A DNA stretch of 64,000 bases from Eledone cirrhosa (Eukaryota), in the NCBI GenBank assembly GCA_964016885.1, contig OZ024763.1, positions 21,762,001 through 21,826,000 of the forward strand. The letters run 5' to 3'. This document shows positions 13,801 to 29,901 of this stretch, piece after piece (position 1 is the first letter of the stretch; the number at the start of each line of letters is the position of its first letter). A program made the position numbers and the translations under genes. The notes below the pieces were generated by a model. It had not been told where the DNA came from, made no database searches, and saw only the letters and a list, made by a program, of their open reading frames with translations.

Positions 13801-16800
13801 TTACTGTCAGAAACTCCTGTCTTCCCTCCTCCATGGTACACCACATTACTGTCAGAAACTCCTGTCTCACATCCTCCATGGTACACCACATTACTGTCAG
13901 AAACTCCTGTCTTCCCTCCTCCATGGTACACCACATTACTGTCAGAAACTCCTGTCTCACCTCCTCCATGGTACACCACATTACTGTCAGAAACTCCTGT
14001 CTTCCCTCCTCCATGGTACACCACATTACTGTCAGAGACTCCTGTCTCACCTCCTCCATGGTACACCACATTACTGTCAGAGACTCCTGTCTCACCTCCT
14101 CCATGGTACACCACATTACTGTCAGAAACTCCTGTCTCACCTCCTCCATGGTAGACCACATTACTGTCAGAAACTCCTGTCTTCCCTCCTCCATGGTACA
14201 CCACATTACTGTCAAAAACTCCTGTCTTCCCTCCTCCATGGTACACCACATAACTGTCAGAAACTCCTGTCTCACCTCCTCCATGGTACACCACATAACT
14301 GTCAGAAACTCCTGTCTCACCTCCTCCATGGTACACCACATTACTGTCAGAAACTCATGTCTCACCTCCTCCATGGTACACCACATTACTGTCAGAAACT
14401 CCTGTCTCACCTCCTCCATGGTACACCACATAACTGTCAGAAACTCCTGTCTCACCTCCTCCATGGTACACCACATTACTGTCAGAAACTCCTGTCTCAC
14501 CTCCTCCATGGTACACCACATAACTGTCAGAAACTCATGTCTCACCTCCTCCATGGTACACCACATTACTGTCAGAAACTCATGTCTCACCTCCTCCATG
14601 GTACACCACATTACTGTCAGAAACTCCTGTCTCACCTCCATGATACACCACATTACTGTCAGAAACTCCTGTCTCACCTCCTCCATGATACACCACATTA
14701 CTGTCAGAAACTCCTGTCTCACCTCCTCCATGATACACCACATTACTGTCAGAAACTCATGTCTCACCTCCTCCATGGTACACCACATTACTGTCAGAAA
14801 CTCCTGTCTCACCTCCTCCATGGTAGACCACATTACTGTCAGAAACTCATGTCTCACCTCCTCCATGATACACCACATTACTGTCAGAAACTCCTGTCTC
14901 ACCTCCTCCATGATACACCACATTACTGTCAGAAACTCCTGTCTCACCTCCTCCATGGTAGACCACATAACTGTCAGAAACTCCTGTCTCACCTCCTCCA
15001 TGGTACACCACATTACTGTCAGCAGCTCCTGTCTCACCTCCTCCATGGTAGACCACATTACTGTCAGAAACTCCTGTCTCACCTCCTCCATGGTACACCA
15101 CATTACTGTCAAAAACTCCTGTCTCACCTCCTCCATGGTACACCACATTACTGTCAGAAACTCCTGTCTCACCTCCTCCATGGTAGACCACATTACTGTC
15201 AGAAACTCCTGTCTCACCTCCTCCATGGTAGACCACATAACTGTCAGAAACTCCTGTCTCACCTCCTCCATGGTACACCACATAACTGTCAGAAACTCCT
15301 GTCTCACCTCCTCCATGGTAGACCACATAACTGTCAGAAACTCCTGTCTCACCTCCTCCATGGTAGACCACATTACTGTCAGAAACTCCTGTCTCACCTC
15401 CTCCATGGTACACCACATAACTGTCAGAAACTCCTGTCTCACCTCCTCCAAGGTAGACCACATTACTGTCAGAAACTCCTGTCTCACCTCCTCCATGGTA
15501 GACCACATTACTGTCAGAAACTCCTGTCTCCCCTCCTCCATGGTACACCACATTACTGTCAGAAACTCCTGTCTCACCTCCTCCATGGTACACCACATTA
15601 CTGTCAGAAACTCCTGTCTCACCTCCTCCATGGTACACCACATTACTGTCAGAAACTCCTGTCTCCCCTCCTCCATGGTAGACCACATAACTGTCAGAAA
15701 CTCCTGTCTCACCTCCTCCATGGTACACCACATTACTGTCAGAAACTCCTGTCTTCCCTCCTCCATGGTAGATCACATTACTGTCAGAAACTCCTGTCTT
15801 CCCTCCTCCATGGTAGACCACATTACTGTCAGAAACTCCTGTCTCACCTCCTCCATGGTACACCACATTACTGTCAGAAACTCCTGTCTCACCTCCTCCA
15901 TGGTACACCACATAACTGTCAGAAACTCCTGTCTTCCCTCCTCCATGGTAGACCACATTACTGTCAGAAACTCCTGTCTCACCTCCTCCATGGTACACCA
16001 CATTACTGTCAGAAACTCCTGTCTTCCCTCCTCCATGGTACACCACATTACTGTCAGAAACTCCTGTCTCACCTCCTCCATGGTACACCACATTACTGTC
16101 AGAAACTCCTGTCTCACCTCCTCCATGGTACACCACATTACTGTCAGAAACTCCTGTCTTCCCTCCTCCATGGTACACCACATTACTGTCAGAAACTCCT
16201 GTCTCACCTCCTCCATGATACACCACATTACTGTCAGAAACTCCTGTCTCCTCTCCTACATGGTACACCACATTACTGTCAGAAACTCCTGTCTCCTCTC
16301 CTACATGGTACACCACATTACTGTCAGAAACTCCTGTCTTCCCTCCTCCATGGTACACCACATTACTGTCAGAAACTCCTGTCTCACATCCTCCATGGTA
16401 CACCACATTACTGTCAGAAACTCCTGTCTTCCCTCCTCCATGGTACACCACATTACTGTCAGAAACTCCTGTCTCACCTCCTCCATGGTACACCACATTA
16501 CTGTCAGAAACTCCTGTCTTCCCTCCTCCATGGTACACCACATTACTGTCAGAGACTCCTGTCTCACCTCCTCCATGGTACACCACATTACTGTCAGAGA
16601 CTCCTGTCTCACCTCCTCCATGGTACACCACATTACTGTCAGAAACTCCTGTCTCACCTCCTCCATGGTAGACCACATTACTGTCAGAAACTCCTGTCTT
16701 CCCTCCTCCATGGTACACCACATTACTGTCAAAAACTCCTGTCTTCCCTCCTCCATGGTACACCACATAACTGTCAGAAACTCCTGTCTCACCTCCTCCA

Positions 16801-19725
16801 TGATACACCACATTACTGTCAGAAACTCCTGTCTCACCTCCTCCATGGTAGACCACATAACTGTCAGCAGCTTCTGTCTCACCTCCTCCATGGTACACCA
16901 CATTACTGTCAGAAACTCCTGTCTCACCTCCTCCATGGTACACCACATTACTGTCAGAAACTCCTGTCTCACCTCCTCCATGGTACACCACATTACTGTC
17001 AGAAACTCCTGTCTCACCTCCTCCATGGTAGACCACATAACTGTCAGAAACTCCTGTTTTCCCTCCTCCATGGTACACCACATTACTGTCAGAAACTCCT
17101 GTCTCACCTCCTCCATGGTAGACCACATTACTGTCAGAAACTCCTGTCTTCCCTCCTCCATAGTACACCACATTACTGTCAGAAACTCCTGTCTCACCTC
17201 CTCCATGGTAGACCACATAACTGTCAGAAACTCCTGTCTTCCCTCCTCCATGGTAGACCACATTACTGTCAGAAACTCCTGTCTTCCCTCCTCCATGGTA
17301 GACCACATTACTGTCAGAAACTCCTGTCTCACCTCCTCCATGGTAAACCACATTACTGTCAGAAACTCCTGTCTCACCTCCTCCATGGTACACCACATTA
17401 CTGTCAGAAACTCCTGTCTCACCTCCTCCATGGTAGACCACATTACTGTCAGAAACTCCTGTCTCACCTCCTCCATGGTAGACCACATTACTGTCAGAAA
17501 CTTCTGTCTCACCTCCTCCATGGTACACCACATTACTGTCAGAAACTCCTGTCTTCCCTCCTCCATGGTACACCACATTACTGTCAGAAACTCCTGTCTC
17601 ACCTCCTCCATGGTAGACCACATTACTGTCAGAAACTCCTGTCTCACCTCCTCCATGGTACACCACATAACTGTCAGAAACTCCTGTCTCACCTCCTCCA
17701 TGGTACACCACATTACTGTCAGAAACTCCTGTCTCACCTCCTCCATGGTAGACCACATAACTGTCAGAAACTCCTGTCTCACCTCCTCCATGGTAGACCA
17801 CATTACTGTCAGAAACTCCTGTCTTCCCTCCTCCATGGTAGACCACATTACTGTCAGAAACTCCTGTCTTCCCTCCTCCATGGTACACCACATTACTGTC
17901 AGAAACTCCTGTCTCACCTCCTCCATGGTACACCACATTACTGTCAGAAACTCATGTCTCACCTCCTCCATGGTAGACCACATTACTGTCAGAAACTCAT
18001 GTCTCACCTCCTCCATGGTAGACCACATTACTGTCAGAAACTCATGTCTCACCTCCTCCATGGTAGACCACATTACTGTCAGAAACTCCTGTCTCACCTC
18101 CTCCATGATAGATCACATTACTGTCAGAAACTCCTGTCTCACCTCCTCCATGGTAGACCACATTACTGTCAGAAACTCCTGTCTCACCTCCTCCATGATA
18201 GATCACATTACTGTCAGAAACTCCTGTCTCACCTCCTCCATGGTACACCACATTACTGTCAGAAACTCCTGTCTCACCTCCTCCATGGTAGACCACATAA
18301 CTGTCAGAAACTCCTGTCTCACCTCCTCCATGGTAGACCACATTACTGTCAGAAACTCCTGTCTTCCCTCCTCCATGGTAGACCACATTACTGTCAGAAA
18401 CTCCTGTCTTCCCTCCTCCATGGTACACCACATTACTGTCAGAAACTCCTGTCTCACCTCCTCCATGGTACACCACATTACTGTCAGAAACTCATGTCTC
18501 ACCTCCTCCATGGTAGACCACATTACTGTCAGAAACTCATGTCTCACCTCCTCCATGGTAGACCACATTACTGTCAGAAACTCATGTCTCACCTCCTCCA
18601 TGGTAGACCACATTACTGTCAGAAACTCCTGTCTCACCTCCTCCATGATAGATCACATTACTGTCAGAAACTCCTGTCTCACCTCCTCCATGGTAGACCA
18701 CATTACTGTCAGAAACTCCTGTCTCACCTCCTCCATGGTAGACCACATTACTGTCAGAAACTCCTGTCTCACCTCCTCCATGATAGATCACATTACTGTC
18801 AGAAACTCCTGTCTCACCTCCTCCATGGTAGACCACATTACTGTCAGAAACTCCTGTCTTCCCTCCTCCATGGTACACCACATTACTCTCAGAAACTCCT
18901 GTCTCACCTCCTCCATGGTACACCACATTACTGTCAGAAACTCATGTCTCACCTCCTCCATGGTAGACCACATTACTGTCAGAAACTCATGTCTCACCTC
19001 CTCCATGGTAGACCACATTACTGTCAGAAACTCATGTCTCACCTCCTCCATGGTAGACCACATTACTGTCAGAAACTCCTGTCTCACCTCCTCCATGATA
19101 GATCACATTACTGTCAGAAACTCCTGTCTCACCTCCTCCATGGTAGACCACATTACTGTCAGAAACTCCTGTCTCACCTCCTCCATGGTAGACCACATTA
19201 CTGTCAGAAACTCCTGTCTCACCTCCTCCATGATAGATCACATTACTGTCAGAAACTCCTGTCTCACCTCCTCCATGGTAGACCACATTACTGTCAGAAA
19301 CTCCTGTCTTCCCTCCTCCATGGTAGACCACATTACTGTCAGCAGCTCCTGTCTCACCTCCTCCATGGTACACCACATTACTGTCAGAAACTCCTGTCTC
19401 ACCTCCTCCATGGTACACCACATTACTGTCAGAAACTCCTGTCTCACCTCCTCCATGGTACACCACATTACTGTCAGAAACTTCTGTCTCACCTCCTCCA
19501 TGGTAGACCACATTACTGTCAGAAACTCCTGTCTCACCTCCTCCATGGTAGACCACATTACTGTCAGAAACTCCTGTCTCACCTCCTCCATGGTAGACCA
19601 CATTACTGTCAGAAACTCCTGTCTTCCCTCCTCCATGGTACACCACATTACTGTCAGAAACTCCTGTCTCACCTCCTCCATGGTACACCACATAACTGTC
19701 AGCAGCTTCTGTCTCACCTCCTCCT
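10822..19725 (+). repeat. 45-bp minisatellite, ~198 units (atggtacaccacattactgtcagaaactcctgtctcacctcctcc)
   Basis: Period 45 throughout, with two 42-bp units 2517 bp apart. Source of the 3055-aa and 2924-aa ORFs and the minus-strand ORFs. Confidence 0.99.
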
Positions 19726-19875
19726 CTTCCACGCACATTATTGTGCATCTGGCACCACCTACACCAAGCCAATTTATTTACACTTTGCAGTTGATCATTG
19801 CTGTTTTCATATCAAATGGAGGCATTTTAATATCAAGGAGGGGCCATAACAATTTTTCAGATTTTCAGGTGCACT

Positions 19876-19893
19876 AAGGGTTGGGAAACACTG
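19876..19893 (-). mobile_element. hAT-like terminal motif (solo)
   Basis: Reverse complement CAGTGTTTCCCAACCCTT resembles hAT-Charlie termini; a similar CAGGGGTTGCCAACC is at ~19988-20002; no partner end found. Confidence 0.35.
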
Positions 19894-20308
19894 GTCTACT
19901 TACTGTTTAAACTTTGCAGTTGATCATTGTTGTTTTCATTTCAAAGGATTGGGTGGTGGTGGTGAGGGGAGGGGCAGATGTACAAATGGTTGGCAACCCC
20001 TGCCTCAAAGGGAGCTAATTCTGGCAACCTTTAACAATGGTACTAGATGTTACAGTTGTTCCTTCATTGCGTATGTTTTATTATCTGTTTTTCTTGTTTG
20101 TTTGCTTATCTGTTTCCTAATGTTTGTTTGTTTTTAAACTTGGTTTATTTGTTTTCTAAACTGTTTTTTTTTATTTGTTTTCTTTAACTATTTCTGCTTT
20201 ATCTGTTTTCTTAACTGTTTTTTTTTTATGGTTTCTTTAACTGTTTTTTTTTTTTGTTTTTATCCATTTTCTTAACTGATTTTTTAATGTTTTCTTATCT
20301 GTTTTCAG

Positions 20309-20376
20309 GAGATTGCTTCCATATTGATTGCTTTTGATAAACACAAAGAATGGCAACTAAGAGAGCTACGCGTCAG
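20309..20376 (+). CDS. CAMTA: CAMTA (calmodulin-binding transcription activator) coding exon, CG-1 domain part 1: EIASILIAFDKHKEWQLRELRV(R)
   Basis: Long T-rich tract then ttttcag| acceptor; AG|gtaaga donor; 68 nt, phase 0 to 2. Peptide matches the CG-1 segment recalled from human CAMTA1 (EIAAYLITFEKHEEWLTTSPKTR). Confidence 0.95.
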
Positions 20377-20489
20377 GTAAGAAACAGTTATTAATTTGTA
20401 GTTGATACAGGTGTATAATATGTACGTGACTATATGTATGTATATGTGTTTATGTGGGTGTATGTATGTATGTGTTTATATATATATAT

Positions 20490-20855
20490 ATCTTCTACGC
20501 TAGCATGGGTTAGATGGGAATTGTCCCACTTGAGGCAAGATTGGTCGGGTGACTGTGTCTCGCTCGTATAGGAATATCTGGCAGGTTTTCTACGGCTGGA
20601 TGCCCTTCCTAACACCAACCACATTTACAGTGTGGACTGTGTTATTTTTTTTCCCTCCCTTTTCATTTTCCCTTCTCTCTTTCCTTCTTTCCATTTTTTC
20701 TCTTTCACACACACACACATCATCATCAACGTTTAACGTCCGTGTTCCACGCTTGCAAGGGTTTGGACGGGGGTTTTCCCACTTGAGGCAAGAGTGATTG
20801 TCTTGATTGCATAGGACTGTCTGGCGGGTTTTCTACAGCTGGATGCCCTTCCTAT
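20490..20855 (-). mobile_element. Two RTE-related SINE/LINE-tail fragments
   Basis: ctagcatgggttag..cccacttgaggcaag..ggatgcccttcctaacaccaacc; same family at 28830-29090, 37470-37670, 40270-40600, 41810-42170 and 56640-56880. Confidence 0.75.
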
Positions 20856-21284
20856 ATATAGTTAACAAGGTTCTTATATAAAATTATAGCCAATTATAAT
20901 TTTAAAGTTATCTCTATTAATAAATCCCCTCACCTCCCCCATCTGTCCCAAATTGCTTTCTAAATTAATTGCAAATCTCAGCCAGTGTATTTTGTTAGAC
21001 ATACATGGCAAGGAAAGAGTTAAACTTAACCTCTGGCCCTCTGATCTGGCTTGGACATGTGTGGAGGGCAAAAGCCAAACAAAACAAAGATTTTGTTGGT
21101 GTTTTTGTTGGTTTTGTTGGTGTTTTGTAAGAGATCGATATTGTTGATGGCCACAAAAAGTCAGAGGTTTTCTTCAAAAGTCTGACATTTCGACTGAATA
21201 CTTCACATTATAGATATCATAGCAATAATGGTGAGGATGGTGGGGTGAGGGTGATGGTGGGGGGGAGGGATGGTGGTCAATAAT

Positions 21285-21360
21285 TATGACGACGATGATG
21301 AGGATAATGATGATGTCAATAATAATCATGATGATGATGATGATGGTGATGGTGACTATA

Positions 21361-21391
<31 letters not shown>

Positions 21392-21777
21392 CAATAATAA
21401 CAACAATAATGCCAATAACAACAACAGCAACAGCAGCAATAATTACTATAGTGGCCAGCTCTCTTTGGCTTTGGCCCCAATTTATTTAGAAATCTTGTGA
21501 TTTCCACATCACATGACTTAGAAATGTCTTTTTGTTGATCTTGTAATGTTAGAAAGTTAATTGTGATGTGAGAGTTGTATACATTACTACATGTCAGAGT
21601 GTGGTGTGTTGGTGAGGATGGTAGTGTGTGGGGGGGGGGGAGATTGGGTGTTGGTAGAGGGGGGGGGGCAGAGAGAAGTTGAGGAGGGGAACTGAGAGAG
21701 TGAGAGAGAAACAGAGAGACAGAGACAGAAAGAGAGCAAGAGAGAGATTGAGAAACAGATATATATGTGTGTGTGTC

Positions 21778-21823
<46 letters not shown>

Positions 21824-22170
21824 TATATATAGAGAGAGAGGGAGCCAATGGACAGGGGATAGCTGAAGGTGGAGAAAGAGGTGAGGAGATGGGAGAGAGA
21901 GAGAGAACAAGGGAGTATCTGAGAAACAGAGAGAGAGATAGACAGAGAGAGTGACAGAGAGAGTCAGATAGAGAGAGATAGAGACAGAGAGAGAGTCTGA
22001 TAGAGAGAGGGAGAGTCTGATAGATAGATAGATAGATAGAGAGATAGAGAGAGCGAAAGAGAGAGAGAGAGAGACTGATAGGGAGAGGGAGAGAGAGAAA
22101 TAGAGATAGAGGGATAGAGAGACAGACAGAAACAGAGTGAGACAGACAGAAGGAGAGAGACAGATAGAGC
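21285..22170 (+). repeat. (GAT)n, (CAA)n and (GA/GACA/GATA)n low-complexity tracts
   Basis: Directly visible. Confidence 0.9.
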
Positions 22171-22426
22171 AACCTGGCAGAGGATATCTGTAAGGGATGA
22201 GACAGAGAAGAAAAAGAAGAGGTGACAGGTGTAGGGTGGTGTGGGGGTAGGTGATAGTTGATTGCTTTCTATGCTATTTGTCATATGTTATGCTTGGCTG
22301 GGTCTCATAACATCATTGTGTCTGTATCTTTTCATAAAGTTGCCTTGGTTCTTTTCCAACACCAGGGAAATATCATTATCAAAACTGCACACATTTAATA
22401 TCATATAAATTCAAAAAAGGGGTTCT

Positions 22427-24042
<1,616 letters not shown>

Positions 24043-24249
24043 TTATGGTTGTGACTGCAGTTGTCGCTATTTATATTATACATACATGCATGCACATATA
24101 TACACACACACACATATATATATATAAATACATATGTATATCCTGTCAGTGCTATTAAACTAAACATAGCCTAGTCTGCTACTGGCCAAAACTTATCAAA
24201 GTTATATATACGTGTAAACAGTGTATATATATATATATATATATACTCA

Positions 24250-26090
24250 AACACTCCCTTCAGCAGGTCCTGTCAGAAGCAACCATCTCCAACTGATCCA
24301 GCTAGACCCCTTGGTGACACCAGCCAAGCTCATGGGTGTTATCCAACCATCTTGCTCGAGGTCTACCCATAGATCACCTATTGGTTGGTTTTGCCCACGG
24401 TGATTCTTTCCTGAGACATTCTAACCACATGTCCATGGTATCAGAGCTGTGATCTCTTGATCCAGAGAAGTAGTGACTCTACCTGGAGTGATTCTGATCT
24501 CCGAGCTACAAATCTGTCCAGTGATTCTTTCCTGAGACATTCTAACCACATATCCATAGTATCGGAGCTGTGATCTCTTGATCCAGAGAAGTAGTGACTC
24601 TACCTGGAGTGATTCTGATCTCCGAGCTACAAATCTGTCCAGTGATTCTTTCCTGAGACATTCTAACCACAGGCCCATAGTATCGGAGCTGTGATTTCTC
24701 AATTCTGAGAAATAGCAGCTCTACCTGGAGTAATTCTCTGATCTCTGAGCTACAAATCTGTCCAGTGATTCTTTCCTGAGACATTCTAACCACATATCCA
24801 TGGTATCGGAGCTGTGATCTCTTGATCCAGAGAAGTAGTAGCTCTACCTGGAGTAACTCTCTGATCTCTGAGCTACAAATCTGTCCACTGATTCTTTCCT
24901 GAGACATTCTAACCACATATCCATGGTATCGGAGCTGTGATCTCTTGATCCAGAGAAGTAGCAGCTCTACCTGGAGTAACTCTCAGATCTCAGAGCTACA
25001 AATCTGTCCAGTGATTCTTTCCTGAGACATTCTAACCACATATCCATGGTATCGGAGCTGTGATCTCTTGATCCAGAGAAGTAGTAGCTCTACCTGGAGT
25101 AACTCTCTGATCTCAGAGCTACAAATCTGTCCAGTGATTCTTTCCTGAGACATTCTAACCACATATCCATGGTATCGGAGCTGTGATCTCTTGATCCAGA
25201 GAAGTAGCAGCTCTACCTGGAGTAACTCTCTGATCTCAGAGCTACAAATCTGTCCAGTGATTCTTTCCTGAGACATTCTAACCACATATCCATGGTATCG
25301 GAGCTGTGATCTCTTGATCCAGAGAAGTAGCAGCTCTACCTGGAGTAACTCTCTGATCTCAGAGCTACAAATCTGTCCAGTGATTCTTTCCTGAGACATT
25401 CTAACCACATGTCCATGGTATCGGAGCTGTGATCTCTTGATCCAGAGAAGTAGTGGCTCTACCTGGAGTAACTCTCTGATCTCAGAGCTACAAATCTGTC
25501 CAGTGATTCTTTCCTGAGACATTCTAACCACATGTCCATGGTATCGGAGCTGTGATCTCTTGATCCAGAGAAGTAGTGGCTCTACCTGGAGTAACTCTCT
25601 GATCTCAGAGCTACAAATCTGTCCAGTGATTCTTTCCTGAGACATTCTAACCACATGTCCATAGTATCGGAGCTGTGATTTCTCAATTCTGAGAAATAGC
25701 AGCTCTACCTGGAGTAACTCTCTCATCTCTGAGTTACAAATCTGTCCAGTGATTCTTTCCTGAGACATTCTAACCACATATCCATGGTATCGGAGCTGTG
25801 ATCTCTCGATCCAAAGAAGTAGTAGCTCTACCTGGAGTAACTCTCTGATCTCAGAGCTACAAATCTGTCCAGTGATTCTTTCCTGAGACATTCTAACCAC
25901 ATATCCATGGTATCGGAGCTGTGATCTCTCGATCCGGAGAAGTAGTGACTCTACCTGGAGTGATTCTGATCTCCGAGCTACAAATCTGTCCAGTGATTCT
26001 TTCCTGAGACATTCTATCCACATGTCCAGAGTATCAGAGCTGTGATCTCTCGATTCAGAGCACTAGTGGCTCCACCTGGAGTGACTCTCG
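24250..26090 (-). mobile_element. RTE-clade LINE fragment with a 121/123-bp tandem array (~14 units)
   Basis: Unit encodes IRELLQVEPLLLWIKRSQLRYHGHVVRMSQERITGQIC, the post-RT LRWxGHVxRM motif of RTE ORF2. Period 121 then 123 (24421, 24542, 24663, 24786, 24909, 25032). Confidence 0.88.
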
Positions 26091-26999
26091 GTAGTACTAC
26101 AGTGTTTGTCTTATTTATTAGTAACTTCTGTTAAATTTTTAGAGCTCAGATTTCTTTCTTTATTTTAGTTTTTATTTTTGTTGGATTCATTATCAACTGT
26201 TAATGATATGAAAACAGATGCCGTTAAAATTAAGTTGTAATTAATAGGTGTGCAATTAATTGAAACGTCTCTTTAAATCAATACACTGTAATGAGGTGGC
26301 AAGAAAATTACTGAGAGAGAGGGGGTGAGAAAATGAAAGAGGGGTAATAGAAAAAAAAAGAAAATAAGAAAAGAAAAATGATCATTGTGGAGTAAAACCA
26401 AAAAAAATAATTGAAAAAAAATAATAAAAATAAGACACAGATACACACAAGTACACATACATACACTCAGATACACGCACACAAACACACACACAGATAC
26501 ACACACACATACACAGAGAAAGAGAGAAATGGTGGAATATAAGTTGGCAATAGAACAAAAGAGTATAATTGTTGAGCAGTTATATTGGAGAATTGGTTTA
26601 ACTTTGACTGGTTCTTGTCAAATCTGGGAGGTAGGGGTGGGGTATGATGGGGTGGAGGGTGGTAGGTGATCTGGTGGGATTGGGTGGTGGTGGTGGGAGG
26701 TAGGGGGAGGATGGTGATTGGGAAGGGGTAAGTAGAGGAGGAGAAGGAAGAGGAAGAGGTGATATGGTGTCATTAGAGAGTAGGGGGGTGATATAGTGGT
26801 GTTATGGTATCATTGGGAGGCAGGGGAGGAGTAGAAAGAAGAAAAAGAAGAAGAAAAAGAAGTTAAATTCATTCAGCAATCACAGCCAACTGTCTCCTCC
26901 AGTTGTTTAATGACATAGAGACTCCAAGACTGAGATAACTTATCTAAATATACTGTCTCCTTCCTTTACCTCTATTTGTTGTTGTTGTTGTCTATTACT

Positions 27000-27720
27000 T
27001 AACCTTGCCTTTCATCCTCACTGGGTCAAGCACCATAAAATAAAGTACCAGTAATACACTGGGATAATTGCTGGCCTTGTGCCAAAAGTACAAACAATTA
27101 TTATTGTCAACAGGCGGTGGGTTGGCAGTATCGGTAGAGGGTCGGACGCCATGCTTTGCAGCACAGAGTTACGGCCCTTTACGTTCTGAGTTCAATTCCC
27201 GCCGAGGTTAACTTTGCCTTTCATCCTTACGGGGTCGATGAAATAAAGTACCAGTAATACACTGGGGTAATTGCTGGCCTTGTGCCAAAAGTAGAAACAT
27301 TATTATTATTATTATTATTATCAGTGGAGCGTAAGACACCATGCTTCGCAGCATAGAGTTATGGCCCTTTACGTCCTGAGTTCATATTCTGCCGAAGTTA
27401 ACTTTGCCTTTCATCCTTACGGGGTCGATAAAATAAAGTACCAGTAATACACTGGGGTCAATTTAATCAACTTCCCCCCTCCCTCCAAATTACTGGCCTT
27501 GTGCCTAAATCAGAAATCATTATTTTTATTATGATAAGGTTGGTGGAATGGCAGTAATCGGCAGAGCATCGGACAACATGATTTGTGGCACAGAGTTAAG
27601 GCCGTTTACATTCTGAGTTCAAAACCTAGACTGGTTAGCCTTGCCTTTTATGGGGTCAATAAAATGTACCTTATTTCCCCCTCCCCAAATTGCTGACCTT
27701 GTGCCTAAATCAGAACCCGT
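27000..27720 (+). mobile_element. Head-to-tail cluster of ~4 Nin/Deu-domain SINE copies
   Basis: Repeated tggcagtatcggtagag..gagttcaaatcccgccgaggttaactttgcctttcatccttacggggtcgataaaataaagtaccag..(tta)n. Confidence 0.8.
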
Positions 27721-27895
27721 TATTTATTTTGTTTATTTATTTTGTCTTTCTATTCCTGCGAGGTCAATACCTCGATTGATCTACACTGAATGTTATTGGC
27801 TTTCAGTCATCAAATTGGTTTAGAATTGATCTTTGAAATTGTAACATAATAATTTCAAAGACATCCATCAGCTGATGACTCAGTTGCTATGATAT

Positions 27896-27896
<1 letters not shown>

Positions 27897-27981
<85 letters not shown>

Positions 27982-28700
27982 TATGTGTGTGTGTGAGAGA
28001 GAGAGTATGTGTGTGTGAGAGAGAGAGTATGTGTGTGTGTGAGAGAGAGAGTATGTGTGTGTGAGAGAGTATGTGTGTGTGAGAGAGAGAGTATGTGTGT
28101 GTGTGAGAGAGAGAGTGTGTGTGTGAGAGAGAGAGTATGTGTGTGTGTGTGTGAGAGAGAGAGTATGTGTGTGTGTGTGTAAGAGAGAGAGTATGTGTGT
28201 GTGTGTGTGTGTGTGAGAGAGTATGTGTGTGTGTGTGTGTGAGAGAGAGTATGTGTGTGTGTGTGTGAGAGAGAGAGTATGTGTGTGTGTGTGTGAGAGA
28301 GAGAGTATGTGTGTGTGTGTGAGAGAGAGAGAGTATGTGTGTGTGTGTGAGAGAGAGAGAGTGTGTGTGAGAGAGAGAGAGTATGTGTGTGTGTGTGTGA
28401 GAGAGAGAGTTTGTGTGTGTGTAAATATATGCATAAATATATTTTATAGATGAGCGTGTCTCTCTCTATATATATGTATATATATATATATATGTGTATA
28501 TATATGTGTGTATATATATGTGTATATATATGTATATATATGTGTATATATATGTATATATATGTGTATACATATATGTATATATATGTGTGTGTATATA
28601 TGTGTATATATATGTATATATATATATGTGTGTATATATATATATATATGTGTATATATATATATATGTGTATATAGATATATATATGTGGGGGGGATGG
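27897..28700 (+). repeat. Compound (GT)n(GA)n repeat followed by (TA/TG)n
   Basis: Directly visible. Confidence 0.9.
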
Positions 28701-29305
28701 GATGGGTATATATATGTATATGTGTGTGTACGTATGTAAGTATGCAAATGCGTGGGTTAGTGGAATGTGTATATATATATATATATATATACATATATCA
28801 ATCTACCTATCTCTCTCTCTCTCTCTCTCTATCATCATCATCATCATCATCAACGTTTAACGTCCGTGTTCCACGCTTGCATGGGTTTGGACGGGGGTAG
28901 TCCCACTTGAGGCAAGAGTGATTGTCTTGCTCGCATAGGACTGTCTGGCAGGTTTTCTACAGTTGGATGCCCTTCCTAACACCAACCACATTTACAGTGT
29001 GGGTCTGGGAGGTTTTTACCGTGTTGCCTACACGGCCACATTACAGCATGGACTGTGTGTTTTTTTGTCGTGACACCTACACGATCTCATTTGTTTCGGC
29101 CTATGGCGCGGCACCAACATAACTTTACATAGAACGGGGTGGTGTGGATGGGGTGGGGGTGGGGGTGGTGGGACGGGGTGTATTTTGTTAGAGATGCCTA
29201 CTGGCTGGAGTAGGTTTTACTATATATTTAGGTAAGGCGGGTCTTCTCTGTTACTGAGTACCGCCAAAGGTCTCGGTCCAATATATATATATATATATAC
29301 ACCTA

Positions 29306-29337
<32 letters not shown>

Positions 29338-29604
29338 CACCTATCTCTCTCTATATATATATATACATACATATATATATATATATATATATTGTGAGTT
29401 CGATTCCTGGACCAGGCGATGCGTTATGTCCTTGAGCAAGACACTTTATTTCACGTTGCTCCTTCTACCTGGAGTTGCGACCGATAGATAGTATTAGCAA
29501 TTGGAAAGACCAACGGAAACATTGTTCCCTCGGTCCGATTTGACGAAAGTCGATCGTTCCTATATATATATATACACCTATCTCTCTCTCTCTCTATATA
29601 TATA

Positions 29605-29672
<68 letters not shown>

Positions 29673-29738
29673 CACCTATCTCTCTCTCTATATATATCAA
29701 TCTACCTATCTCTCTCTCTATATATATATATATACATG

Positions 29739-29774
<36 letters not shown>

Positions 29775-29775
29775 C

Positions 29776-29811
<36 letters not shown>

Positions 29812-29816
29812 ACCTA

Positions 29817-29901
<85 letters not shown>

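Noticed and set aside
10802-19772. Minus-strand repeat ORFs (MEEVRQEFLTVMWCT; VVYHGGGETGVSDSN)
   Set aside because: Alternative frames of the 45-bp satellite, broken by recurrent stops.
24983-26023. 346-aa minus-strand ORF
   Set aside because: Tandemly amplified RTE LINE fragment; neighbouring 121-bp units frameshift it.
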